From a virus, in IMG/VR virus record IMGVR_UViG_3300042549_005813: DNA of 64,000 nucleotides. The stretch is one strand, 5' to 3'. This document shows, one piece after another, positions 5,850 through 13,198 of the stretch. A model generated the notes under the pieces. The model saw nothing but the letters and a program-made list of their open reading frames with translations. It had not been told where the DNA came from and did no database searches. Position 1 is the stretch's first letter; every line of letters starts with the position of its first letter. The translations under genes were made by a program, and so were the position numbers.

Positions 5850-5924
5850 GGTTCAGTAGCATAGTGGCAGTGCAGCATCTTCATACGGTGCGTTGTGTGA
5901 GTTCGATTCTCACCTGAACCACCA
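5850..5924 (+). tRNA. tRNA-Met(CAT), probably elongator
   Basis: Paired 1:72, loop TTCATAC, ACCA. Confidence 0.85.
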
Positions 5925-5930
5925 AATTAT

Positions 5931-6005
5931 GGGCGATTAGTAAAATGAATATTACACAAGGCTACGAACCTTGAAGTGGGAGTTTGATTCTCTCATCGCC
6001 CTCCA
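5931..6005 (+). tRNA. tRNA-Arg(ACG)
   Basis: Loop CTACGAA, CCA. Confidence 0.88.
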
Positions 6006-6009
6006 ATAT

Positions 6010-6084
6010 CCTCTTGTAGCTCAATGGTAGAGCATTCGGCTGATAACCGAAAGACCTAAGGTTCGATTCCTTTCGAGAGGACCA
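6010..6084 (+). tRNA. tRNA-Ile(GAT)
   Basis: Loop CTGATAA, ACCA. Confidence 0.92.
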
Positions 6085-6088
6085 ATAT

Positions 6089-6162
6089 ATCTCGCTGGTG
6101 TAATGGCAGCACGATGGTCTCCAAAACCATTAGTCGGGGTTCGAGTCCCTGGCGGGATGCCA
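6089..6162 (+). tRNA. tRNA-Trp(CCA)
   Basis: Loop CTCCAAA, GCCA. Confidence 0.92.
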
Positions 6163-6183
6163 ATTTTAAAAAAGGTGATTAAT

Positions 6184-6669
6184 ATGAAAAATTTCAATAT
6201 AGAAGAAGTCAGACAATACCTTGCAAATCAAGGTCCTGATACCAAGGTTTATCTTGGTGCCGACTCTGAAAGAATCAGGGTAAATGGTGTTTGGTATGCT
6301 GACTATGCTCTAGCAGTTGTAGTTCATATTGATGGCCGACATGGTTGTAAGATTTTCGGATATGTTCACCGTGAATTGGATTACGACCATAAGAAAAGTA
6401 AACCTGCTATGAGGTTGATGACTGAAGTTTATAAAGTTTCAGAATTGTTCCAATCATTAGCAGAAGTGTTGGAAGATTATCATGTTGAAGTTCATCTTGA
6501 TTTGAATAAAGATGATATTCATGGTAGTTCATGTGTTGTTCAGCAAGCGATTGGTTATATTAAAGGTACATGTAACATGACACCAATGGTTAAACCAGAT
6601 GCACCTGCTGCAAGTTTCTGTGCTGACAGATTGAAAAGAATTCTGGCAGAACAGGAAGAAATTCAGTAA
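6184..6669 (+). CDS. RNase H-like YkuK (DUF458) family protein
   Basis: VYLGADS, RLMTEV, EVHLD and VKPDAPAASFCAD motifs; start adjusted to ATG 6184. Confidence 0.8.
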   Translation: MKNFNIEEVRQYLANQGPDTKVYLGADSERIRVNGVWYADYALAVVVHIDGRHGCKIFGYVHRELDYDHKKSKPAMRLMTEVYKVSELFQSLAEVLEDYHVEVHLDLNKDDIHGSSCVVQQAIGYIKGTCNMTPMVKPDAPAASFCADRLKRILAEQEEIQ

Positions 6670-6672
6670 TAT

Positions 6673-6747
6673 GGAGAAATTAGTTTAGTGGTAAAACCAC
6701 GGGTTGTGATTCCGTTATCACCAGTTCGATCCTGGTATTTCTCCCCA
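6673..6747 (+). tRNA. tRNA-His(GTG)
   Basis: G-1:C73, loop TTGTGAT, CCA. Confidence 0.92.
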
Positions 6748-6752
6748 AATAT

Positions 6753-6827
6753 GCCCCGTTAGCTCAGTGGTAGAGCAGTGCTTTTACACGGCGAAGGTCG
6801 GCAGTTCGAAACTGTCACGGGGTACCA
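6753..6827 (+). tRNA. tRNA-Val(TAC)
   Basis: Loop TTTACAC, ACCA. Confidence 0.9.
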
Positions 6828-6831
6828 ACAT

Positions 6832-6907
6832 GCCAATATAGCTCAGGTGGTAGAGCAGTAGACTGAAAATCTATGTGTCAGCGGTTCGACTCCGTTTATT
6901 GGCACCA
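6832..6907 (+). tRNA. tRNA-Phe(GAA)
   Basis: Loop CTGAAAA, ACCA. Confidence 0.92.
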
Positions 6908-6912
6908 ATAAT

Positions 6913-6989
6913 ACCCAAGTGACGGAATAGGTATACGTACTTGTCTCAAAAGCAAGGTGATGTGGGCTCGAATCCCACCTTGGGTACCA
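6913..6989 (+). tRNA. tRNA-Leu(CAA), short variable arm
   Basis: Loop CTCAAAA, Leu-type D arm, 77 nt. Confidence 0.88.
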
Positions 6990-6990
6990 T

Positions 6991-7064
6991 GCTCTTATAG
7001 GTAAATGGCATACCACATCCATGGTAAGGATGTATCCTAAGTTCGATTCTTAGTAGGAGCACCA
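6991..7064 (+). tRNA. tRNA-Thr(GGT)
   Basis: CATCC-ATGGTAA-GGATG, ACCA. Confidence 0.88.
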
Positions 7065-7261
7065 ACTTGTTTTAATGTTGTTAAGATAAATTCTTTTTCT
7101 TGTGTGATATATAATTCATCATCTTCAAAAGTTTTTATCTTAGTATCATATGATGGAACAAATTCAGAATCAATACAGTAGTAACCATTAGGCTCATATG
7201 TTTGATGTGCATATAATCCGTAAAACATTTCTACTGTAGGTCTTTTTGAAGTTGGTATCAT
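7037..7261 (-). CDS. Possible small protein antisense within the tRNA array
   Basis: The AT-rich 210-nt spacer between tRNA-Thr and tRNA-Leu is open on the minus strand (MIPTSKRPTVEMFYGLY...). Confidence 0.4.
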   Translation of the reverse strand: MIPTSKRPTVEMFYGLYAHQTYEPNGYYCIDSEFVPSYDTKIKTFEDDELYITQEKEFILTTLKQVGAPTKNRT

Positions 7262-7274
7262 GTTAGTATTTATT

Positions 7275-7351
7275 GCCCCGGTGACGGAATTGGTATACGT
7301 GTTGGTCTTAGAAGCCAAATTTTAGGAGTTCGACTCTCCTCTGGGGCACCA
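7275..7351 (+). tRNA. tRNA-Leu(TAG), short variable arm
   Basis: Loop CTTAGAA, ACCA, 77 nt. Confidence 0.88.
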
Positions 7352-7357
7352 AACATT

Positions 7358-7432
7358 CCGGCGTTAGTATAATGGATAATACAGCGGTCTTCTACACCGT
7401 GAATGTGGGTTCGATTCCTGCACGCCGGACCA
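7358..7432 (+). tRNA. tRNA-Arg(TCT)
   Basis: Loop CTTCTAC, ACCA. Confidence 0.9.
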
Positions 7433-7450
7433 TTTAATAAGGAGTTTATT

Positions 7451-8032
7451 ATGCCAAGCGTATTCTTAGTAAGTGACACACACTTTGGCCACGCTGGTGT
7501 GTGTAGATTTCTACGTGATGATGGTGTGACGAAGCTTAGGCCATGGGATAATCCTGATGAAATGGATGAAGAAATGGTGAAGCGATGGAACGAAACAGTC
7601 AGACCAAATGATAAAGTATATCATCTTGGTGATGTTGTTATCAACCGTAAAGCAATGAGTACTCTGTATAGACTTAACGGTGACAAGGTTCTAATTCGTG
7701 GTAACCACGATATTTTTCGTGATGAAGAATACAGACAACACTTCCGTGAACTACGTGCTTATCATGTAATGAACGGAATGATTCTGTCTCATATTCCCAT
7801 TCATGAGGAAAGTCTTGGTCGTTTCGGTGTAAACATTCATGGACACCTTCATGCAAATCGGGTAAAGATTGCTAAACATGCAAAAGCTAAGCCTGAAATT
7901 GATACTAGATATCATTGTGTTTGTGTTGAACAAACAGATTTTAGACCGATTCTTTTTGAAGATGTTATCAAAAGAATTAAAGAAGAAGGTGGTGAGGTCG
8001 GTTTCCGTAATGGAAACGGACCTACCATGTGA
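7451..8032 (+). CDS. Calcineurin-like metallophosphoesterase
   Basis: SDTHFGH, HLGD, RGNHD, SH and HGHLH motifs. Confidence 0.9.
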   Translation: MPSVFLVSDTHFGHAGVCRFLRDDGVTKLRPWDNPDEMDEEMVKRWNETVRPNDKVYHLGDVVINRKAMSTLYRLNGDKVLIRGNHDIFRDEEYRQHFRELRAYHVMNGMILSHIPIHEESLGRFGVNIHGHLHANRVKIAKHAKAKPEIDTRYHCVCVEQTDFRPILFEDVIKRIKEEGGEVGFRNGNGPTM

Positions 8033-8033
8033 T

Positions 8034-8117
8034 GCGAGTATGGGGGAATTGGTAGACCCAGCAGACTTAAAATCTGCCGCCTTGTGCGTACCGGTTCGAC
8101 TCCGGTTACTCGTACCA
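8034..8117 (+). tRNA. tRNA-Leu(TAA)
   Basis: Type II cloverleaf, loop CTTAAAA, ACCA. Confidence 0.92.
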
Positions 8118-8131
8118 AATTTGGAGGATTT

Positions 8132-10081
8132 ATGAGAATTTTAGCTATACATAGTGAACATGCAACACACGATTCTTCTTGTTGCATTTATGACGGTAAG
8201 AATATTACTTATTTTTTAGAAGAACGTTATAGTGGTGAAAAACATGATGACCGATTGCAAAACTGTTTTCATAACGTATTGAAAACCAATTTGACTTTTG
8301 ATAAAATTATTGTTGGTGGTTTTCATGCAATCTGCATCCATAACAACCACAATTATGATGAATCTTTGTTCAAGAAAATTACAAAAGTTATGCCAACAAT
8401 GGCAAAAAAAGCATTAGGTACACCAATGTTTTTTACTGGTGTGAATCCAGAAAATTTAGAAAACGAACTAGACGTTCCTATTAAACATAACTTACCAGAA
8501 GAATTAATTCAATTAGAAAATTATAAAAAAATTGAAGAAGGATGGGAAAAAACATCCGAAGATGTTAGATATTTTCTATTAAATTATTATAAAAAATACA
8601 AACAATTTCCTATAATTGAATATGATAGTAATCATCACCTCAATCATGCGGCTTTATCTTTTTATAATAGTGGTTTCGATGAAGCAATAGTATTTGTTGC
8701 CGATGGTGCAGGTGAAATTTCATTTGCAACCGCAGAAACTGGAAAATATTTGACTTATAAAGAATCGGAATCTTTATATGTTGCAAATTATAAAGACCCA
8801 ATTAAACCAATTTACAAAAATTACGGTTCATATTCAGGACATGACTATTCAAAAGAAATAGAACGTTTAAATAAACAATTACCTGATTGTGAAGTGCATT
8901 TCGGTAATTACATGGGTATAGGTTTATTGTATAGTGCAGGTGCGTTACAAATTGGTGAAACAGCTGATGAAGCGGGCAAGGCTATGGGTCTTTCTTCTTA
9001 CGGAACACCAACAGGAAATATCTATACCAAAAATGATTATTTTGTTGACTGTGATAAATTCGTGTGTGAATGCCATGATTTTATACCTTTGTTTGAGCCA
9101 CCAAATGGTTATCCATCCAATTTTAAATACAAAGCTGTTGAAGAAAAAAAAGGTCTTCAACGTGGTGGACCAGAATCATTAATACTGTTGCCTGATTTAC
9201 CAGTACAGAGATTGATATCTAAAACCAATTATAAGCCTTATGCGAATTTAGCTAAAGACTTACAATTACAAACACAAGATGTGGCTGTTAATTTAATTAA
9301 AAAAGCAATAGACAAAACTGGATTAAAGAAAGTTTGTATTTGCGGTGGTTATGGAATGAACATTTTAGCTAATTCATATTACACGGAAAAGTTTCCGGAT
9401 GTTGAATTCTACTTTGAACCATTATCTATTGATAGTGGCCTTTCCATTGGCATAGCAATGCGTCATTATCGTAAAGAAACTGGTGACACAAAGATTCGTC
9501 CACAGAAAAGTATTTCATTTCATGGATTTAAACATGATGTTACATCCTATAAAGGTGTTGATGCATCAGTGAATGATATTGCAAAATTACTTTACGATAA
9601 TAAATCTGTTGCAGTATATACTGGTCTGGCTGAAGCTGGCCAACGTGCATTAGGCAACCGTTCAATTTTGTTTAATGCTCTAAATGCTGATGCGAAGGAC
9701 ATTGTTAATAAAATTAAACGTAGAGAATGGTACAGACCATTTGCTGTTGTTGTACTAGAAGAAGATGCTGAGTTATATTTCGATATGGGTAGAACCAAAA
9801 AGAATTTGTTTATGACACAATCATTTGATGTTAAAACCGATTTAATTCCTGGTGTCACTCATGTAGATAACACATGTAGAGTACAGACCGTATCCGAAGG
9901 ATACTTGTATGACCTTTTGGTTGAATTTAAAAAACTTTCGGGTCATGGGATTCTTTTAAATACCAGTTTTAACCTTGCCGGCAAACCTTTGGTAGAAACA
10001 CCAAAGCAAGCCATAGAGACTTTAAATACCTCAGTATTAGATTATCTTTGGTTTGAGGAAACAGGACAATTAATTACCTAA
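8132..10081 (+). CDS. Carbamoyltransferase (NodU/CmcH/TobZ family)
   Basis: HDSS, EERYS, HHLNHA, ADGAGE, GKAMGLSSYG, RALGNRS, KRREWYRPFA, HVDNTCRVQT and LNTSFN motifs; SD GGAGG before ATG 8132. Confidence 0.92.
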   Translation: MRILAIHSEHATHDSSCCIYDGKNITYFLEERYSGEKHDDRLQNCFHNVLKTNLTFDKIIVGGFHAICIHNNHNYDESLFKKITKVMPTMAKKALGTPMFFTGVNPENLENELDVPIKHNLPEELIQLENYKKIEEGWEKTSEDVRYFLLNYYKKYKQFPIIEYDSNHHLNHAALSFYNSGFDEAIVFVADGAGEISFATAETGKYLTYKESESLYVANYKDPIKPIYKNYGSYSGHDYSKEIERLNKQLPDCEVHFGNYMGIGLLYSAGALQIGETADEAGKAMGLSSYGTPTGNIYTKNDYFVDCDKFVCECHDFIPLFEPPNGYPSNFKYKAVEEKKGLQRGGPESLILLPDLPVQRLISKTNYKPYANLAKDLQLQTQDVAVNLIKKAIDKTGLKKVCICGGYGMNILANSYYTEKFPDVEFYFEPLSIDSGLSIGIAMRHYRKETGDTKIRPQKSISFHGFKHDVTSYKGVDASVNDIAKLLYDNKSVAVYTGLAEAGQRALGNRSILFNALNADAKDIVNKIKRREWYRPFAVVVLEEDAELYFDMGRTKKNLFMTQSFDVKTDLIPGVTHVDNTCRVQTVSEGYLYDLLVEFKKLSGHGILLNTSFNLAGKPLVETPKQAIETLNTSVLDYLWFEETGQLIT

Positions 10082-10090
10082 AAAATATGC

Positions 10091-10119
10091 TTGACAAGAC
10101 AATGTAAAGCCTATATAAT
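10091..10119 (+). promoter_or_regulatory. Sigma70-type promoter for the Gly tRNAs and groES
   Basis: TTGACA-17 bp-TATAAT. Confidence 0.8.
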
Positions 10120-10130
10120 ACACACATGAT

Positions 10131-10205
10131 GCGGGTATGGTGCTAGTGGTAACACAAGACCTTGCCAAGGTTTAGTTGAGGGTTCGATTCCCTCTACCCG
10201 CTCCA
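10131..10205 (+). tRNA. tRNA-Gly(GCC)
   Basis: Loop TTGCCAA, U73-CCA. Confidence 0.92.
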
Positions 10206-10215
10206 GTATAGAATT

Positions 10216-10289
10216 GCAGGGTTAGTTTAATGGTAAAACTCCATCCTTCCAAGTTGGTGTCGTGGGTTCGATTCCCACACTCTGCTCCA
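10216..10289 (+). tRNA. tRNA-Gly(TCC)
   Basis: Loop CTTCCAA, U73-CCA. Confidence 0.9.
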
Positions 10290-10295
10290 TTTAAT

Positions 10296-10362
10296 GCGGT
10301 TTGTAATAGTACGATATAAGGTACCCCCTTATGTTAACTGAGCAAAGCAGTAGACCGCTCCA
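10296..10362 (+). ncRNA. Degenerate tRNA-Gly-like RNA lacking a D arm (67 nt)
   Basis: GCGGTTT/AGACCGC-T-CCA acceptor; ATAAG-GTACCCC-CTTAT arm (ACC at the anticodon position); ACTG/CAGT T-like stem without TTC. Confidence 0.6.
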
Positions 10363-10375
10363 TTTTGAGGACACT

Positions 10376-10621
10376 ATGAATATTAAACCCTTGCATGATA
10401 AAGTATTGATTGAACGTATTGAGAATGTCAAAGAGACCGCTTCAGGCATCATCCTAAAACATTCCGAAGATCCAGATAAAGCAAGAGTACTTGCAGTTGG
10501 TCCGGATGTTACAGAAGTCCAGGTCGGTGATGTGGTTCAACCAGACTGGGGCAAGGCCGCAGCAGTGCAAGATTATTTCGTGGTGAAGATTGAAGACATA
10601 GCTTACATCTACGGAGAGTAA
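10376..10621 (+). CDS. groES: Co-chaperonin GroES-like protein
   Basis: MNIKPLHDKVLIER, TASGIIL, VLAVGP and VQVGDVV motifs. Confidence 0.88.
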   Translation: MNIKPLHDKVLIERIENVKETASGIILKHSEDPDKARVLAVGPDVTEVQVGDVVQPDWGKAAAVQDYFVVKIEDIAYIYGE

Positions 10622-10623
10622 AC

Positions 10624-10860
10624 ATGTCTGCTGGTGGTAAAGGTTCTAGTCCAAGGCCGTTTAGTGTTTCACAGGAAACATTTGGTAATAACTACGACAA
10701 TATTTTTAGAAAAAAATCACCAAAAGAATTAGAAGAAGATAAAATCGAACAAGAAGAATTTGATAGAATCTTAGAGGAAAATCTAGAACGTCAAAGACGG
10801 GAAAAGTCTTTAGATGCCATGGTGGCAGAAAATCAAAGATTAGGTTTATACGACAACTAA
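10624..10860 (+). CDS. Hypothetical protein
   Basis: SD plus ORF starting MSAGGKGSSPRP. Confidence 0.65.
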   Translation: MSAGGKGSSPRPFSVSQETFGNNYDNIFRKKSPKELEEDKIEQEEFDRILEENLERQRREKSLDAMVAENQRLGLYDN

Positions 10861-10863
10861 TAT

Positions 10864-10936
10864 AGCGGGTTGGTGAAATGGTATCACAGTGGGCTCATAA
10901 TCCTCAGTTCCGGTTCGACTCCGTGACCCGCAACCA
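10864..10936 (+). tRNA. Initiator tRNA-fMet(CAT)
   Basis: A1:A72 mismatch, GGG in the anticodon stem, loop CTCATAA. Confidence 0.85.
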
Positions 10937-11710
10937 TTAATCCTTATACACTTCATATATAAATTCCGCTTCAGGAATTCTTGTCTTTGTATTCTTACTA
11001 CCCAATACAACAACCACTCTATCACCTTCACTTGTGTCTAATAGAATCGTGATACATCCACCAGATTCATTTATAAAACCAGTCTTACTGACTATTATAT
11101 TTTGATAGTGTCCTATCATTGGGTTTGTGTTACGAAAAACAAACCATTTCTTCTTTACTTTTATTTTTATTTCTAACTTGCGGCTAGCATAAACTATATT
11201 GCTGTATTCTGCCGCAGCTTTTGTCAACGTCACCAATTCTCTTGCGGTGCTAACATTTCTTTCGTCTAATCCTGTTGGTTCATAAACAATGGATTTTTCC
11301 ATTTGTAATTTTTTCAACTTATCATTCATAGCCTTGACACAGGCCGGCATACCACCAGGATAATGTTCACATAGTGTATATGCGGCTCTATTACTACTGT
11401 GTATCATGGTCATAGAAACCAAATTTGCTCGACTGACAACTTGGTTTTTTACTGGCAACCTGTCTCGTATTTTTGTAGTCATTGTCAACATCTGGCTCAT
11501 GTTAGGATTCGTATCCATCACAACCATGACAGTTAACAATTTTGTTATACTGGCAATAGGCCTAATCTTATCATAATCTTTACCACCTAATATAGTGCCA
11601 TTTAAATCCGACACAATCCAGGATTTGGCTGTGAAGAATTCTGCTTTGACTGGTGATTGACCAAGAAGTATGGTGAAAAATAACAGAGTAATAAAAATTC
11701 TATATAACAA
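10937..11710 (-). CDS. D-alanyl-D-alanine endo/carboxypeptidase (peptidase S11, PBP7/PbpG-like)
   Basis: Signal peptide; SxxK (SITK), SxN (SSN) and KTG motifs. Confidence 0.9.
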   Translation of the reverse strand: MLYRIFITLLFFTILLGQSPVKAEFFTAKSWIVSDLNGTILGGKDYDKIRPIASITKLLTVMVVMDTNPNMSQMLTMTTKIRDRLPVKNQVVSRANLVSMTMIHSSNRAAYTLCEHYPGGMPACVKAMNDKLKKLQMEKSIVYEPTGLDERNVSTARELVTLTKAAAEYSNIVYASRKLEIKIKVKKKWFVFRNTNPMIGHYQNIIVSKTGFINESGGCITILLDTSEGDRVVVVLGSKNTKTRIPEAEFIYEVYKD

Positions 11711-11735
11711 TCGAAGGCTCCATATGGATTAAATA

Positions 11736-12017
11736 TCATGGTGCAGGTACTCTAGACTTACAAGCCCTAGCATTGTTTATAGAAGTTGTATGCACAAGTT
11801 TACTTCCTCTTTTTTGATTATTACATTTATATTCACAAACTTGTATTCCTTTTGGATCCGTAAAACTTCTTTCCAAATTACAATAAGCACCAGTATCTTC
11901 TGAAATGCTTTTTGTATATATGACAGCATCCGGCATCAAGTTTATATTGATGGTTGGATGTGTAATCATAAGTGTTGCACTAGTGGTTAATAAAGTGAAT
12001 AAGAGTTTATTTTTCAT
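11736..12017 (-). CDS. Hypothetical exported, Cys-containing protein
   Basis: Hydrophobic N-terminus, 4 Cys; overlaps the upstream stop. Confidence 0.6.
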   Translation of the reverse strand: MKNKLLFTLLTTSATLMITHPTININLMPDAVIYTKSISEDTGAYCNLERSFTDPKGIQVCEYKCNNQKRGSKLVHTTSINNARACKSRVPAP

Positions 12018-12790
12018 CTTCCTACGTATACCTTTGGTAGTGCTTCTAATTTACGTTGATATTCAGATTTGGGAATTAATCCGTCACCATATTGTGGATA
12101 CTTCTGTTGTCTATCATATGCTACCCACATAAACAAACCAGCCACAACAAAAATTATAATCATAACAGCAACGCCTGTAGCAAATTCATCTCTAATTTTT
12201 CTCATTCGTGCTGCACGGCGTTTTTCTAGTATTGCTTGTTCTTTCATTTGTTTGATGAGAAGAACCTTTTGTTCTTTACCCATCTCTTTCATCATTTCTT
12301 CCACTTCGGTATATAAAGCACCAAGTTCTGGAGGACTTTGATAAATCATCAACTCACGCAAATCAACTGACATTTGTTCTAACTGTTTACGCATAAGCAC
12401 ACGTTGTAAGGCACGTTTACCTAATGATGCATCTCCGGTATAGACTTGTGTCTTAGCATTTTTTTCTTCTTCTTCAAAAACAGCCATACACTTATAGAAG
12501 TTATCATAGTATGTGCCTAGATGTTCACCAATCTCTTGATAGATATTGGTAGTTTCTCCACCCTTTTTGTTTAGTTCAATTACACGATTTTTTTCCGAAA
12601 CGTAGGCATTTCTTTGTGCTACACTTGCAGGTTTTTCAGGTGGATGAAGCTTTTTGAACTGGTCGTCAAGATCCTTGAGGACGTCTTTGACTTCCCCAGC
12701 TGCACCTTTAATATCTTTGTATAGTTTACATCCGGCTTTGACTGCCGAAACCGCACCATTTGCGAGGGCAAAGAGTGTGAATGGATCCAT
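12014..12790 (-). CDS. Hypothetical coiled-coil membrane protein
   Basis: MDPFTLFALA start, C-terminal TM helix; late-type TAAATA upstream on the minus strand (12868-12873). Confidence 0.75.
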   Translation of the reverse strand: MDPFTLFALANGAVSAVKAGCKLYKDIKGAAGEVKDVLKDLDDQFKKLHPPEKPASVAQRNAYVSEKNRVIELNKKGGETTNIYQEIGEHLGTYYDNFYKCMAVFEEEEKNAKTQVYTGDASLGKRALQRVLMRKQLEQMSVDLRELMIYQSPPELGALYTEVEEMMKEMGKEQKVLLIKQMKEQAILEKRRAARMRKIRDEFATGVAVMIIIFVVAGLFMWVAYDRQQKYPQYGDGLIPKSEYQRKLEALPKVYVGR

Positions 12791-12813
12791 TTCTTTTTAT
12801 ACCATTTTTTTAC

Positions 12814-12842
12814 TTGACATTATAACAAAAAAATGATATAAT
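12814..12842 (+). promoter_or_regulatory. Sigma70-type promoter of the replication operon
   Basis: TTGACA-17 bp-TATAAT. Confidence 0.75.
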
Positions 12843-12886
12843 CTACGTTCAGGTCACACTATATAATTATTTAGGATAGGATTAAC

Positions 12887-13198
12887 ATGAAAATATATGC
12901 AATGAAATTAGTAACTGGTGAAGAACTTATTGGTGAAGTTGAAACGGAGAATGAAAATGAAATGGTGATTAAGAATCCATTAGGAATTGCCATTGTACGT
13001 GGTAAAGATGGTCAACCTAACGTAGGTTTTGCGCCATTTCCAATCCATGCAGAACAAAAATCAGACTCTACTATTGCCTTAAAGCGTGAACATATTGTAT
13101 ACTACTACGTTCCAGCAGAAGATTTTGTCAAAAACTATGACCAAATTTTCGGCACAGGCATTATTCTTCCAGGTCAACAACAAATCATTACAGGTTAA
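12887..13198 (+). CDS. Conserved T4-like hypothetical protein (possible Sm-like fold)
   Basis: KLVTGEELIGEV pattern; directly before gp43. Confidence 0.65.
   Translation: MKIYAMKLVTGEELIGEVETENENEMVIKNPLGIAIVRGKDGQPNVGFAPFPIHAEQKSDSTIALKREHIVYYYVPAEDFVKNYDQIFGTGIILPGQQQIITG

Noticed and set aside
3956-5917. ORF-track entries 3956-4195, 3964-4155, 4842-5033, 5564-5917 and 5702-5884
   Set aside because: They run through tRNA genes on either strand and are artefacts of GC-rich structured RNA
6103-8131. Long N-terminal extensions of ORFs 6103, 7403 and 8084 (likewise 10331)
   Set aside because: The extensions overlap tRNA or tRNA-like genes; downstream ATGs with SD sequences (6184, 7451, 8132, 10376) fit better
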